Below, in pieces: positions 24,980-42,879 of a stretch of DNA of 64,000 bases. The stretch's first letter is position 1, and every line of letters starts with the position of its first letter. Source of the DNA: Eledone cirrhosa (taxonomy: Eukaryota); contig OZ024742.1 in NCBI GenBank assembly GCA_964016885.1, positions 235,104,001 through 235,168,000 on the forward strand, written 5' to 3'. The position numbers were made by a program, and so were the translations under genes. A model generated the notes under the pieces. That model was given only the letters and a program-made list of their open reading frames with translations, searched no databases and was not told the DNA's origin.

Positions 24980-26460
24980 TAGAGTTCAGGTAATGAAAAG
25001 CACATGAGCTAACTGCGGGATGCCAGAGCCAGATGAAAAAAAATGGAGATAGCACAAGAAGTTTTTCAGGAGACAAACTACAATATTCAAACATTGCGTA
25101 AGTTTGAGGATAAAAATGAACCTCGATTGATGGATGACCAGAAATATGCCGACCACAATATCATGGAAAACGTTCAAAATGACAGGGGAAGACTTTTCTT
25201 CATCGATGCTCCAACTGGCACAGGTAAAAGATTCCTCATAAACTTCCTGTTTGCAAAGGTTAGCTAAAAGCAACATATTTCCCTTGCTGTGGCTTCAGGT
25301 GGCATTGCAGCAACACTTCTGGATGGATGAAGAACTGCAGAGTCTATGTTTAAGTTGCCCCTAGACCTCACAAGACCTGAACAATCTTTTTGCAACATCA
25401 AGAAAAACTCACCTAAGGACAAGCCTCTGCAAACATGCAAGATGATGATTTGGGATGAAGACACCATGAGCCATAATTGAAGCTTTGGCCCAGATGATAA
25501 GAGATCCAATCCAAGAAAACATACTTGCTTATTTAGAAATGACAATGGTACTTGCTGGTGATTTCAGACAAACTCTGCCTGTAATTCTCTGAGGGACCCA
25601 AGCTGATCAGATCAACACTTGTCTAAAAACATCCTATTTCTGGCCCCACTTTCAGCGACAGAGCTTTTCAACCAATATGCAAGTGCACATGACTGGTGAC
25701 GAAGGTGTCAGTGAGTTTACTATCCAACTATTTAAATTGGGAAATGGGCTAGTTGAAAAGGGCTCCAATGACCAGATTCAGTTGTTAATTGGCCATATCA
25801 TTGAAACAGAACAAGAACTGATTGCCAGAGTGTTTCCAAACATTCAGATCAGACAATGTTATCCCAAATGACTCTGTGAATGAGTAAACTTAGCACTGAA
25901 AAATGTTGCTGTGTAAGAAATCATCAGAAGGCTGCTGGACATTTTACCAGGAGAGAAAAGATGCTACAAATCAGTTGACACAATTACTTCCAAAGACCAG
26001 GTCGTAAACTATCCAACTGAATTTTTGAACAGCCTTGAACTAGCAGGAATTCCTCCACACAATCTGATACTGAAGCTTGGAGTATCGGTTATGCTACTTT
26101 GTAATCTGGATCATCCAAAACTTTGCAATGACACAAGACTCATTATCAAAATATGATGCCCATTGTCCTAAAAGTCGCAATCATGTCAGGAAAATTTGAT
26201 GCTGACAATTGTTTCATTCCCAGAATACCTTTGAAGGCAACTGATTTGTCATTTGAATTTCAAAGGCTTCAATTTCCTATCAAACTCAGTTTTTCCATGA
26301 CCATCAATAAATCTCAAGGGCAAATATTGAAAGTTGTTGGGTTGAACCAGGCAGATCCTGTCTTTTCACACGATCAGCTCTATGTTGGTACTACAAAGGT
26401 TGGAAACCCTGATTGTCTCTTCAATGTAGTACCACAGAGCAAAACCAATAATGTTACTTG
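24980..26460 (+). pseudogene. Helitron RepHel PIF1-family helicase remnant
   Basis: FFIDAPTGTGK, AVASGGIAATLL, IWDE, AGDFRQTLPVI, RLQFPIKLSFSMTINKSQGQ and FSHDQLYV, with multiple stops and frameshifts. Confidence 0.92.
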
Positions 26461-26544
26461 GAATGAGCAATATCGTAATTCCTCATTCAATGACAATAGA
26501 TCCTAATTCCTTAGTCTGTTTGTAAGGAATTCTGAAGTCACAAC

Positions 26545-28954
26545 TGTGATATGATTTTGTTTTATAGCATCACTTTTGTCTCTTTGATTCTTATTCGTTG
26601 TATTCGTTCTGTTCTTGTTTGTTGTATTGTTGACCCATACTAATTTCTTCTCTTATTGACTCTTTCTATATTATTCTTAGATTAAATAAAAACCTTTGAT
26701 TTACAGTCTGAGTTCAAATTCCGCCGAGGTTAACTTTGCCTTTCATCCTTACGGGGTCGATAAAATAAAGTACCAGTAATGTACTGGGTAATTGTTGGCC
26801 TTGTGCCAAAAGTAGAAACAATTATTATAGGAGGAGACACAGTCAAAGAACATAACCATAACCTAAAGCAATTCATGAATGCAGCTAACAATGCAGGTAT
26901 GCAATTGAATCAAGACAAATGCAGCTTTAATCAAAATAGAATACATTTCCTTGGACTTGTCATAGAAAAAAGGTAAATTAAGACCGGACCCTGAAAGGTA
27001 TAAAGCCCTTATTGACATGCCGTCCCCAAAGACGTTAAAAGCGTTGAACCGGGTAATCGGTCTTTTTGCATACTATGCTAAATGGATTAAGGGCTCTTCT
27101 AACCTCTCAGTCGTTCTTACAAAGGCAAGAAACACCATTGATAAACAAGGTCCATCAAATGAAGAAAAATCTACTATTAATAAGATGAAGGAAGAACTCA
27201 TAAAGGCATCACTGTTTTCCCTTGATTTCACTACACCATTTATAATCGAAACCGACGCATCAAATAATGCCATTGGTGGAACTCTATCACAAAATGGTCG
27301 TCCAATTGCTTTTCTTAGTAGAACCCTAAATAAGTCAGAAAGAGGACATTCCATCATCGAAAAGGAAGCTTGCGCAATTATAGAATATTGAATAAAATAG
27401 AGGCATATGATCAGCGCTGTTCCACATTGTAATATAATAACAGACCAATGATCGGTTGCATTTGCGTTCAACAAAAAACACACTTCCAAGATTAAAAACA
27501 AGAAGGTAGCCCGCTGGTGACTGGAGCTAAGCAATCTTAACCTTACCTTCTCATATAGACCTGGTTCATTAAACCAAGCCACAGACGCTCTATCGCGCTG
27601 CTGCTCTACTAAGACGGAACACGAATTATACAATATTCACTCACGTCTATGTCATCCGGGGGTCACCAGACTTCTACATTATTGTAAATCAATGAACTTG
27701 GCATATTCTATTAATGAAATAAGAGAAGTTATCGCCAATTGCAAAATATGCCGTGAATGTAAACCACAATTCTATAAACCACCCAAAGGAAGATTAATAC
27801 ATGCCACAAGACCCTGGGAAAGACTATCAATGGACTTTGTGGGTCTCATGGCTATCTCAAACGGTTTTCGATTTATATTAACTATAGTTGACGAGTACTC
27901 ACATTTTCCATTCGCCATTCCCTGTAAAGAGATAACAACCGACGTAGTAATTAAACATCTATTGGAGATATTCTCTATATTTGGAAAACCCAGTTTAATT
28001 CATACAGATAGGGGACGTCAATTTGAATCACAAAAACTCAAAGATTTCTTATAAAAAGCCACACCACGCCATATCGACCCCAAGCCAACGGCCAATGCGA
28101 AAGAGTTAACGGCACAATATGCAAAGCGATAAGTCTGGCATTGCAGACAAATAATCTCAATAAAAATGGAGTAACATGATTCTAATCGCTCTGTCGTCTA
28201 TCCGAGGATTGCTTTGCACTGCTACAAACGCCACGCCACATGAAAGAGTATTTTCATTCACCAGATCAACAAACAACGGCACAGAAATACCAGAGTTGCT
28301 AAATAAACCGGGAACAATCGTGCTACATTGACGTCACATAAGGAATAAAGGTGATGATCTCACGGAAAACGTTCAACTCATCGAGACGATCTCACCTCAC
28401 TTTGCCAAGGTACAATTTAATAGTGGAAGAATAGACACAGTCTCAACTACAAATCTCGCACCAGCAGCATCACCACAAAACAATGGAAATTCAACAACAT
28501 CGGAGTGTCAGAATAACAACTCCCCAAAAGGCGCCAATTTAACTCAACCAACAGTAATATCTACACCTGTGGCAGTTGGGAACGAAAGTATGACATCTAC
28601 CGCCGATGACAATCCTACAGAGAGTGCGGAATTTAACGACGATGAATCTTCTGACACATTCTTAACCTTGAATAACACACCCCAACAACAAAGAACATGC
28701 CGAGAACACTTAGTAGTGAGGCCAATGCGATACAACGATTAACACTAGAGGGAAAGAATGTGATATGATTTGTTTTATAGCATCACTTTCTTCTCTTTGA
28801 TTTGATTCCTTTTTATTCTTATTCGTTGTATTCGTTCTGTTCTTGTTTGTTGTATTGTTGTATTGTTGACCCATACTAATTTCTTCTCTTATTGACTCTT
28901 TCTATATTATTCTTAGATTGAATAAAAACCTTTGATTTGGTACAAAATAATACA
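26545..28954 (+). mobile_element. Gypsy/Ty3 LTR retrotransposon, internally deleted
   Basis: LTRs at 26545-26702 (truncated) and 28759-28954 (TG...CA), PPT agagggaaagaa and a 5-bp TSD ACAAC (26540-44 / 28955-59). Pol order is RT end, RNase H (ETDASN, IEKEA), integrase (H..CHPG, C..C, SMDFVG, HTDRG). Confidence 0.93.
26703..26829 (+). mobile_element. tRNA-SINE 3' part (Meta-domain-like core); full-length copies at 30005-30190 (-) and 62056-62249 (+)
   Basis: Shared core gagttcaaat..actttgcctttcatccttacggggtcgataaaataaagtacca and tail gtgccaaaagtagaaa(c/t)aattatt occur in three dispersed copies. Confidence 0.8.
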
Positions 28955-29759
28955 ACAACGTTACTTTGGAAGAATATGCAGGCATTCCTGGGTATCTCTG
29001 CTATATAAAGTAGTATAAGTGAGATCTTTTTATGGTAGCTAGCTCGACCTGTTACTAATAGCAGCCAAAATTATGTGTGAAGCAAAAAAGAAAGGTTCTA
29101 TGTGATACCTTGATCTACTAGAAATATTAGCAAAATCCATTTCAAATCACAGCCAACAGTCTTACACACACACACACACACACACGTACACACACACACG
29201 AGTGTGTATGTATGTATTTCACTATAACTGTTGGTGTACCTAAAAGAAATAGAAAACAAATCTCCCTCAAACAAGATCCTACTGCCATAGAGGCAAAGGT
29301 TGGTGAAAGCTACAGTGTAAAAATCTAAATACACTTTCCTGAATTACAGAAATGAGTAAGTAAATGCTTCATTCATTCATAAACCAATGCTAAATTTTTT
29401 TTTTTCATTTTATTTTATTTGTGGTTTTCAAAATAGCCTTCACATGTTGTTTGAAGTTCTGATTGTGCAAAAAAAAAAAAAAAGATAAATAAAAAATTCC
29501 AAATGTATTTTTGGTCATGTCATTTCATTGACAACATACCTAGGTGTGAAGCATTATATATGCTGGCTGTAATAGGGAGCAGTATTCAAAATAACACCAC
29601 TGGACAAAACTAATATTTTTTTCTAGATGATTTGCTTTGAACAAGTGACAATAAATATTCTGTTAAAATTCCTACTTTAGTTACAATACAGCCATCATAT
29701 TTCATTAGTCAAATATTTTTGAAATATGTACCAAACCATATTGTTACTTTCATAAAATT

Positions 29760-29787
29760 CCCGGGCATTGCCGGGTATCTCTGCTAG
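29760..29787 (+). mobile_element. Helitron 3' terminus (hairpin + CTAG)
   Basis: cccgg-gcattg-ccggg, 8 nt, then CTAG followed by T. Confidence 0.8.
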
Positions 29788-30539
29788 TATATATATATAT
29801 ATATATACACACATATATATAGTTCAAGGAAACAACAAAACAGAGATACAAAAAGTCTTATTAGTTTCACGCTTTATATGGAAAAGAGGAAAGAAAGTTC
29901 GACGTGTCGGACTTTAGCCCTTCTTCAGGAGTACAAAAATAGAGACAGGATCACAAAGGGTAGATTGAGAAAATAAAAGGTAGTCCACAGTAAAATAAAT
30001 GAAAATAATTGTTTCTACTTTTGGCACAAGGCCAGCAATTACCCGGTGCATTACTGGTACTTTATTTTATCGACCCCGTAAGGATGAAAGGCAAAGTTAA
30101 CCTCAGCGGGATTTGAACTCAGAATGGCAAGGACCGTAACTCTATGCGTCAAAGCATGGCGTCCAACCCTCTACCGATACTGCCAATCCACATGAAAATA
30201 ATGAGAATAGACAAGACAAACCGTTAGGTAGTCTTAGTAAGAATTTTGGAATGCAAAGTGAAATGTGTGTATTAGTGTTGATATTATGTGTGAGTGTATG
30301 TGTATGTTTAAACATGTTTTTTTTTATTAAAGGTTTATTGTGAAAAGTATCAATGTTTGTGTGCGGTTGTGGATTTTTATGTGTGAGTGAATGTATGTAC
30401 TGTATGTGTGTGTGTGTGAAGACTATTTTGTGTGTGGCCAGTTGGCCATGCCGAACCATGGTTTGGGAGCCGCAGCCACATTTACAATGTGAAACTGGAT
30501 GGTCCCATTATGAAGTGGGGGCAGCCTACTCATAGCGAA

Positions 30540-31227
30540 ACCATAGTTTATGAGGGAAGTTGGCTGCATCAAGCCTTACTCACAAAGGAGCCATGTTACT
30601 GGTTGAGCCTGCCATCAACCATGTTTACAGTGTGGAGCTGTATTGAGCAGAGGCTGGGGTTGAGTTGTCAACTCAAGTCTTTTTTTGTACATTGTAAGCA
30701 CCGAAGGACTCAATCATGAGTCATGCTCATTGGGAGATTCAGCTAAGTCAGGTCTGCCTTTATCATTTCATCCCACGTCTTCCTCTTTTGGGGCATCCTG
30801 CAAACTCTGAAGCCCTGCACATTTTTAAACAGCTGTCATCCTTCATGCGCATCACGTGCCCATACCACTGCAGTCTTCTCTCCTGCACACATTTGATCCC
30901 TTATGCCTAGTTTCGCTCTCAATTCATTTACACTTTGCAGGCCACAGACACTACTTTTACACATCCATCTAATCCTATAGGTTTCATTTCTTTCCAAACT
31001 CCATAGATCATCGGCACGTAGAGCCTATGTTTTGCTTCCATGTAGCATTATTGTATGCACACAGGCATTGTACAGCTTGCCGTTTATCTTAAGTGAGAGA
31101 CCTTTTGTAGTTAGCAGTGGCAGTAGCTCCTTGAACTTTTTCCATCCCGTTCTTAACTGGCAACTGTGCTTTCCGCACAACCATCTCCACAGCTGATTTG
31201 GTCACCCAGATAACAGAAGCTATCAAC

Positions 31228-31230
<3 letters not shown>
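30540..31230 (-). mobile_element. Decayed RTE LINE 3' fragment
   Basis: Homologous to 39291-39880 ([20 protein letters not shown]). Confidence 0.75.
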
Positions 31231-31256
<26 letters not shown>

Positions 31257-31259
<3 letters not shown>

Positions 31260-31680
31260 AATCAGGAAAGAAGAGTGACACGGTTTGCTATACAAAAAAG
31301 GTTTCTAATCTCATTGCTGACAATTGTTTCTCTGAACTGGTAGGTCTAGAGATCTCTACCCGCCTGTTTTCGCGTCATTCGATCACCAATACATAGTTGT
31401 AACCAGTCAATAGCGATCTCTAGACCTACCAGTTCAGAGAAACAATTGTCAGCAATGAGATTAGAAACCTTTTTTGTATAGCAAACCGTGTCACTCTTCT
31501 TTCCTGATTTATCATTTCTCCAAGTGTTAACAACATAGAAATCACCGCGTACACGCAGCATCACTATGGAAACGCCTTGTTGAGTGAAACTTAGCCAAGC
31601 GTTGATATCATCCACTACTCGGAGTACCCTAACTGGACTACACCTAAGTGGACTACCTATAACAATAATCTGTTATTCCG
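31257..31680 (+). mobile_element. Miniature fold-back PLE-like insertion (98-bp perfect inverted repeat + ~170-nt tail)
   Basis: 31257-31354 is the reverse complement of 31415-31512. It contains GAAA-caattg-TC (a hammerhead 3' half) and ttgttgagtg, and has (TA)n flanks. Confidence 0.65.
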
Positions 31681-31881
31681 TATATATATGTATATTTAAT
31701 AGTATGGGCTGGAGGCTTCACTAGATGTATGTTTTAGCCTGTCCTCATGAAGAGATGTATGGGATGGTGCATACGATATATATGCTTCAGCCTGTTCCCA
31801 TGGGAGGGCGAGTCTTGTGGACATTAAATGGTGATGATGATGATGATGTATATATGTATGTATATATATATATATATATAA

Positions 31882-32220
31882 TCATCATCATCATCATGAT
31901 TTTACATCCGCTTTTCCCTGCTTGCAAGGGTAGGATGGAACTGATTCTGGCTTGATTTCTACAGCTGGATGCCCTTCCTAACACCAACCTCATTTACAGT
32001 GAGTGCTGGGTGCTTTTTTCCGTTGCACCTCCACGACCACTTTGCAGTGGAATGATAGGGACCCAGTCCTATCATCTCATTTCTACAGCTGAGTAAACTG
32101 GAGCAATGTGAAATAAAGTGTCTTGCTCAAGGAAACAACACATCATCCGGTCTGAGAATTGAACTCCCAACCTTTTGATTGTAAGGCCAATGCTCTAACC
32201 ACTAAGCCATGTGCCTCCAT
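31882..32220 (-). mobile_element. tRNA-derived SINE with RTE-type 3' tail (close copy at 42459-42768)
   Basis: Minus strand has A box tggcttagtgg and B box gttcaattc, then ccttgagcaagacac, ggttggtgttaggaagggcatccagctg and an (ATG)n tail. Confidence 0.8.
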
Positions 32221-32259
32221 ATATATATATATATATACACACACATACATATATATACA

Positions 32260-32895
32260 TCATCATCACCGTTTAACGTCCACAAGACTCACCTTCCCAT
32301 GGGCACAGGCTGAAGCATATATATAGTATGCACCATCCCATGAGGCCAGGCTAGATGTATCTATTGAAGACTCCAGCCAACACTGTAAAATGGTCGTGAT
32401 GGCAACACGACAAAAAGTGCCCAGCCAACACTGTAAAGTGATTGTGGTGGTGACATGGCAAAAAGTACCCATCCCACGGGAAGGTGGGTCTTCTGTATTA
32501 CTGCATAATGCCAAAGATCTTGTTCCTGCGTCATCATCTTTGAGAGGTGCAATTGAGCCAGGTCAGCTTTTATCACCTTATCCCAAGTCTTCCTGGGTCT
32601 CTCCACTCCAAGGATTCCATCATCTTTGAAAGTTCTGCACCATTTTATACATACGCATCACATGTCCATATCAACGCAGTCTCCTCTCCTGCACACTGTA
32701 TCTGATTCGTCTTACGTGTAGTTTCTCTCTCAGTTCATTGATGCTTTGCTGTTCATGTATATTACTATTACATATCCATCGGAGCATGCAAGCTTCATTT
32801 CTTTCCAATCTATGCAAGTCTTCTGCACACAGTGCACAGGTCTCACTAACATGCAACATTGCTGTTCGTATGCATGCATCATACAGTCTGCCTTA
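32260..32895 (-). mobile_element. RTE LINE 3' fragment
   Basis: [35 protein letters not shown], with an (ATG)n tail. Confidence 0.85.
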
Positions 32896-32951
<56 letters not shown>

Positions 32952-33329
32952 TACATATACACATATATACTGTTACCTGTTTCAGCAATCCAGCTGAGGC
33001 CATGCTGGGGCACCGTCATTGTTGCTACATATTCTATATCCAGTCTGCGTTGGTTGACCATTGATGTAGGAGGGAGTTCATTGTTGCTGCCCTTAGGTTA
33101 CCTTCATTCCATGCTGTGGGTTCATCTTGGATCCTGGATAGCAGAATGTCCAGCAAACCAAAGATGTGGGTTCGTGTCCCATGTACGTCAATACTCACCT
33201 TTTTTTCCATTCAGAGGGTTTTTTTCAAACCCCAACTACCAGACTAATTCTATTTAGTCAAATACGGCATAAGCACATGTTACTACCTAATTTTCAAATT
33301 CACTAGCCGTTTGTAAACAAAGCCTGCTA

Positions 33330-38887
<5,558 letters not shown>

Positions 38888-40740
38888 CATCATCATCATC
38901 ATCATCATCATCAACGTTTAACGTCCGTGTTCCACGCTTGCATGGGTTTGGACGGGGGTAGTCCCACTTGAGGCAAGAGTGATTGTCTTGCTCGCATAGG
39001 ACTGTCTGGCAGGTTTTCTACAGTTGGATGCCCTTCCTAACACCAACCACATTTACAGTGTGGGTCTGGGAGGTTTTTACCGTGTTGCCTACACGGCCAC
39101 ATTACAGCGTGGACTGTGTGTTTTTTTGTCGTGACACCTACACGATCTCATTTGTTTCGGCCTCGATGGCGCGGCACCAACATAACTTTACATAGAACGG
39201 GGTGGTGTGGATCGGGTGGGGGTGGGGGTGGTGGGACGGGGTGTATTTTGTTAGAGATGCCTACTGGCTGGAGTAGGTTTTACTATATATTTAGGTAAGG
39301 CGGGTCTTCTCTGTTACTGAGTACCGCCAAAGGTCTCGGTCCAGTGACATTGTCTTGGAGAGGTGTAAGTGTGTGATGTCGGAGTTTATCAGCTCGTCCC
39401 AGGTTTTTCTAGGTCTGCCTATTCCGTGACTACCGTCTATCTTTATTGCCCTGCACTTTGTTATACAGCTATCGACTTTCATGCGCATCACGTGTCCATA
39501 CCAACGTAGCCTTCTCTCGAGTAAACAACATCTGATCCCTCTTATCTCTAATTTTTTCCTTAGTTCGTTTATGCTTTGCCGTTCACGTATATTACTGTTA
39601 CACATCCAGCGGAGCATGCAAGCTTCGTTCCTCTCTAGTCTGCGTATATCCTCTGCACACAATGCCCAGGTCTCACTGCCATGCAGCATTGCTGTTCGTA
39701 TGCAGGCATCGTACAACCTGCCTTTCATTTTTAGTGAGAACCCTTTAGCAGCTAATAGTGGTATAAGCTCTCTGAACTTTTTCCAACCAGTTCTGACTCT
39801 AGCTACAGTACTTTCAGAGCACCCTCCCCCACTGCTGATTTTATCGCCCAGGTAACGGAAGCTGTCCACTATTTCTATAGAACCCTCTGCGCAATTGAAG
39901 GAGCTAGTAGTTTGTGGGCACTTGCTGCTACTTATTGCACCAGAGCACCGGCCACATGTAAAATCTATGTTCTTAGTTAGCTTACCTGTGATCCCACTAC
40001 ATCTTTTATGCACCCATACTTTGCATTTAGGACATAAAATGGAGTTTCTACCTACGCCTTTCCTACACACCGAGCACGACCATTTCCCAGAAGGGACCGC
40101 CGCCTTGTTTTCTTTCCTACAAACTAGTACTTTGGTCTTAGCCAGGTTAATTTTAAGTCCTTTTGACTCTAGGCCGTGCTTCCATGTTTGGAATTTCTTC
40201 TCTAGCTCGGCCATTGATTCCGCTATGAGTGTCAGGTCGTCTGCGTATAGGAGTTCCCATGGGCAGCCTGTCTTGAACTCCTCTGTTATAGCCTGAAGGG
40301 CAATAATAAATAGTAGTGGACTGAGAACAGAGCCCTGATGGACGCCAACTTTTACGCTAAACTCTTCACTATATTCGTTGTTAATTCTAACCTTGCTGAC
40401 TGTTTCTTTATACATGGCTTGTATAGCCCTCACAAGCCATTCGTCAACGCCTAGTTTTCTAAGAGCCCACCAGATAATGGAGCGGGGGACTCTGTCGAAG
40501 GCTTTCTCCAAGTCGACAAAAGCTAAGTAGAGGGGTTTACCTTTAGCTAGGTACTTCTCCTGTAGTTGTCGTACTATGAAAAGAGCGTCTGTGGTACTTT
40601 TGCCTGACACAAACCCGAACTGCATTTCATCTAGGTCAATTCTCTCTCTGATTAGTTGCGCTATTACTCTTTCCGTGACCTTCATGACCTGGTCGATTAA
40701 TTTAATGCCTCTATAGTTACTCCTATCTAGGGCGTCTCCT
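38888..40740 (-). mobile_element. Young 5'-truncated RTE LINE; RT frame 39291-40740 uninterrupted
   Basis: [37 protein letters not shown] and FRYLG, with a 3' UTR and (ATG)n tail. Confidence 0.95.
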
Positions 40741-42021
<1,281 letters not shown>

Positions 42022-42391
42022 AAGTCAATGACACACGACCGTGACTTCTGGCGTCACGCAGTAATACAGGGTACCCGACCTCCCATGGGTACATGCTGAA
42101 GCATATAAACAATATGCCCCCCCCCCCCCACCGCAAGGTGGTCGTGGAGGTGCCACGGCAAAAAAGCACCCAGCCCACACTGTAAAGTGGACGTGTAGGC
42201 GCCACGAAAAAGCACCCAGCACTCACTGTAAATGAGGTTGGTGTTAGGAAGGGCATCCAGCTGTAGAAATCAAGCCAGATCAGTTCCTGTATGAGCAAGG
42301 CATGGTCAGCCGACCAGACACTGCCCACAACAGGACAACCCGTCTAACCCATGCTAGCGTGGAAGAACGGACGTAAAACGGTGATGATGAT
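42022..42391 (+). mobile_element. RTE LINE extreme 3' end
   Basis: [19 protein letters not shown], then a 3' UTR with ggttggtgttaggaagggcatcc and a gacgtaaaacggtgatgatga tail. Confidence 0.8.
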
Positions 42392-42799
42392 ATATACATA
42401 CATATACATATATATACATATATATACATATATATACATACATATATATACACATATATCATCATCATTATTTTACGTCCACTTTTTCCTGCTTGCAAGG
42501 GTGGGACGGGAACTGATTCTGGCTTGATTTCTACAGCTGGATGCCCTTCCTAACACCAACCTCATTTACAGTGAGTGCTGGGTGCTTCTTTTCCATGGCG
42601 TCTACACATCCACTTTACAGTGAGTGCTGGGTGCTTTTTTGCAGTGGCGCCTCCACGACCACTTTGCAGTGGAATGATATGGACCCCAGTCCCTATCATC
42701 TCATTTCTACAGCTGAGTAAACTGGAGCAATGTGAAATAAAGTGTCTTGCTCAAGGAAACAACACATCACATACATATATATATACATATATATACATA

Positions 42800-42833
<34 letters not shown>

Positions 42834-42879
42834 CATATATATGCATACATACATATATATGCATACATATATACATATA

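Noticed and set aside
26453-26544. gttac(t)ttggaa duplicated at 26453 and 28960 around a short hairpin-rich segment
   Set aside because: Could be an older small insertion with a TSD, but the match is too short to separate from chance.
32130-32220. tRNA-like A/B boxes here and at 51790-51860, 61040-61110 and 62056-62145 as tRNA genes
   Set aside because: They are SINE heads with no complete cloverleaf.
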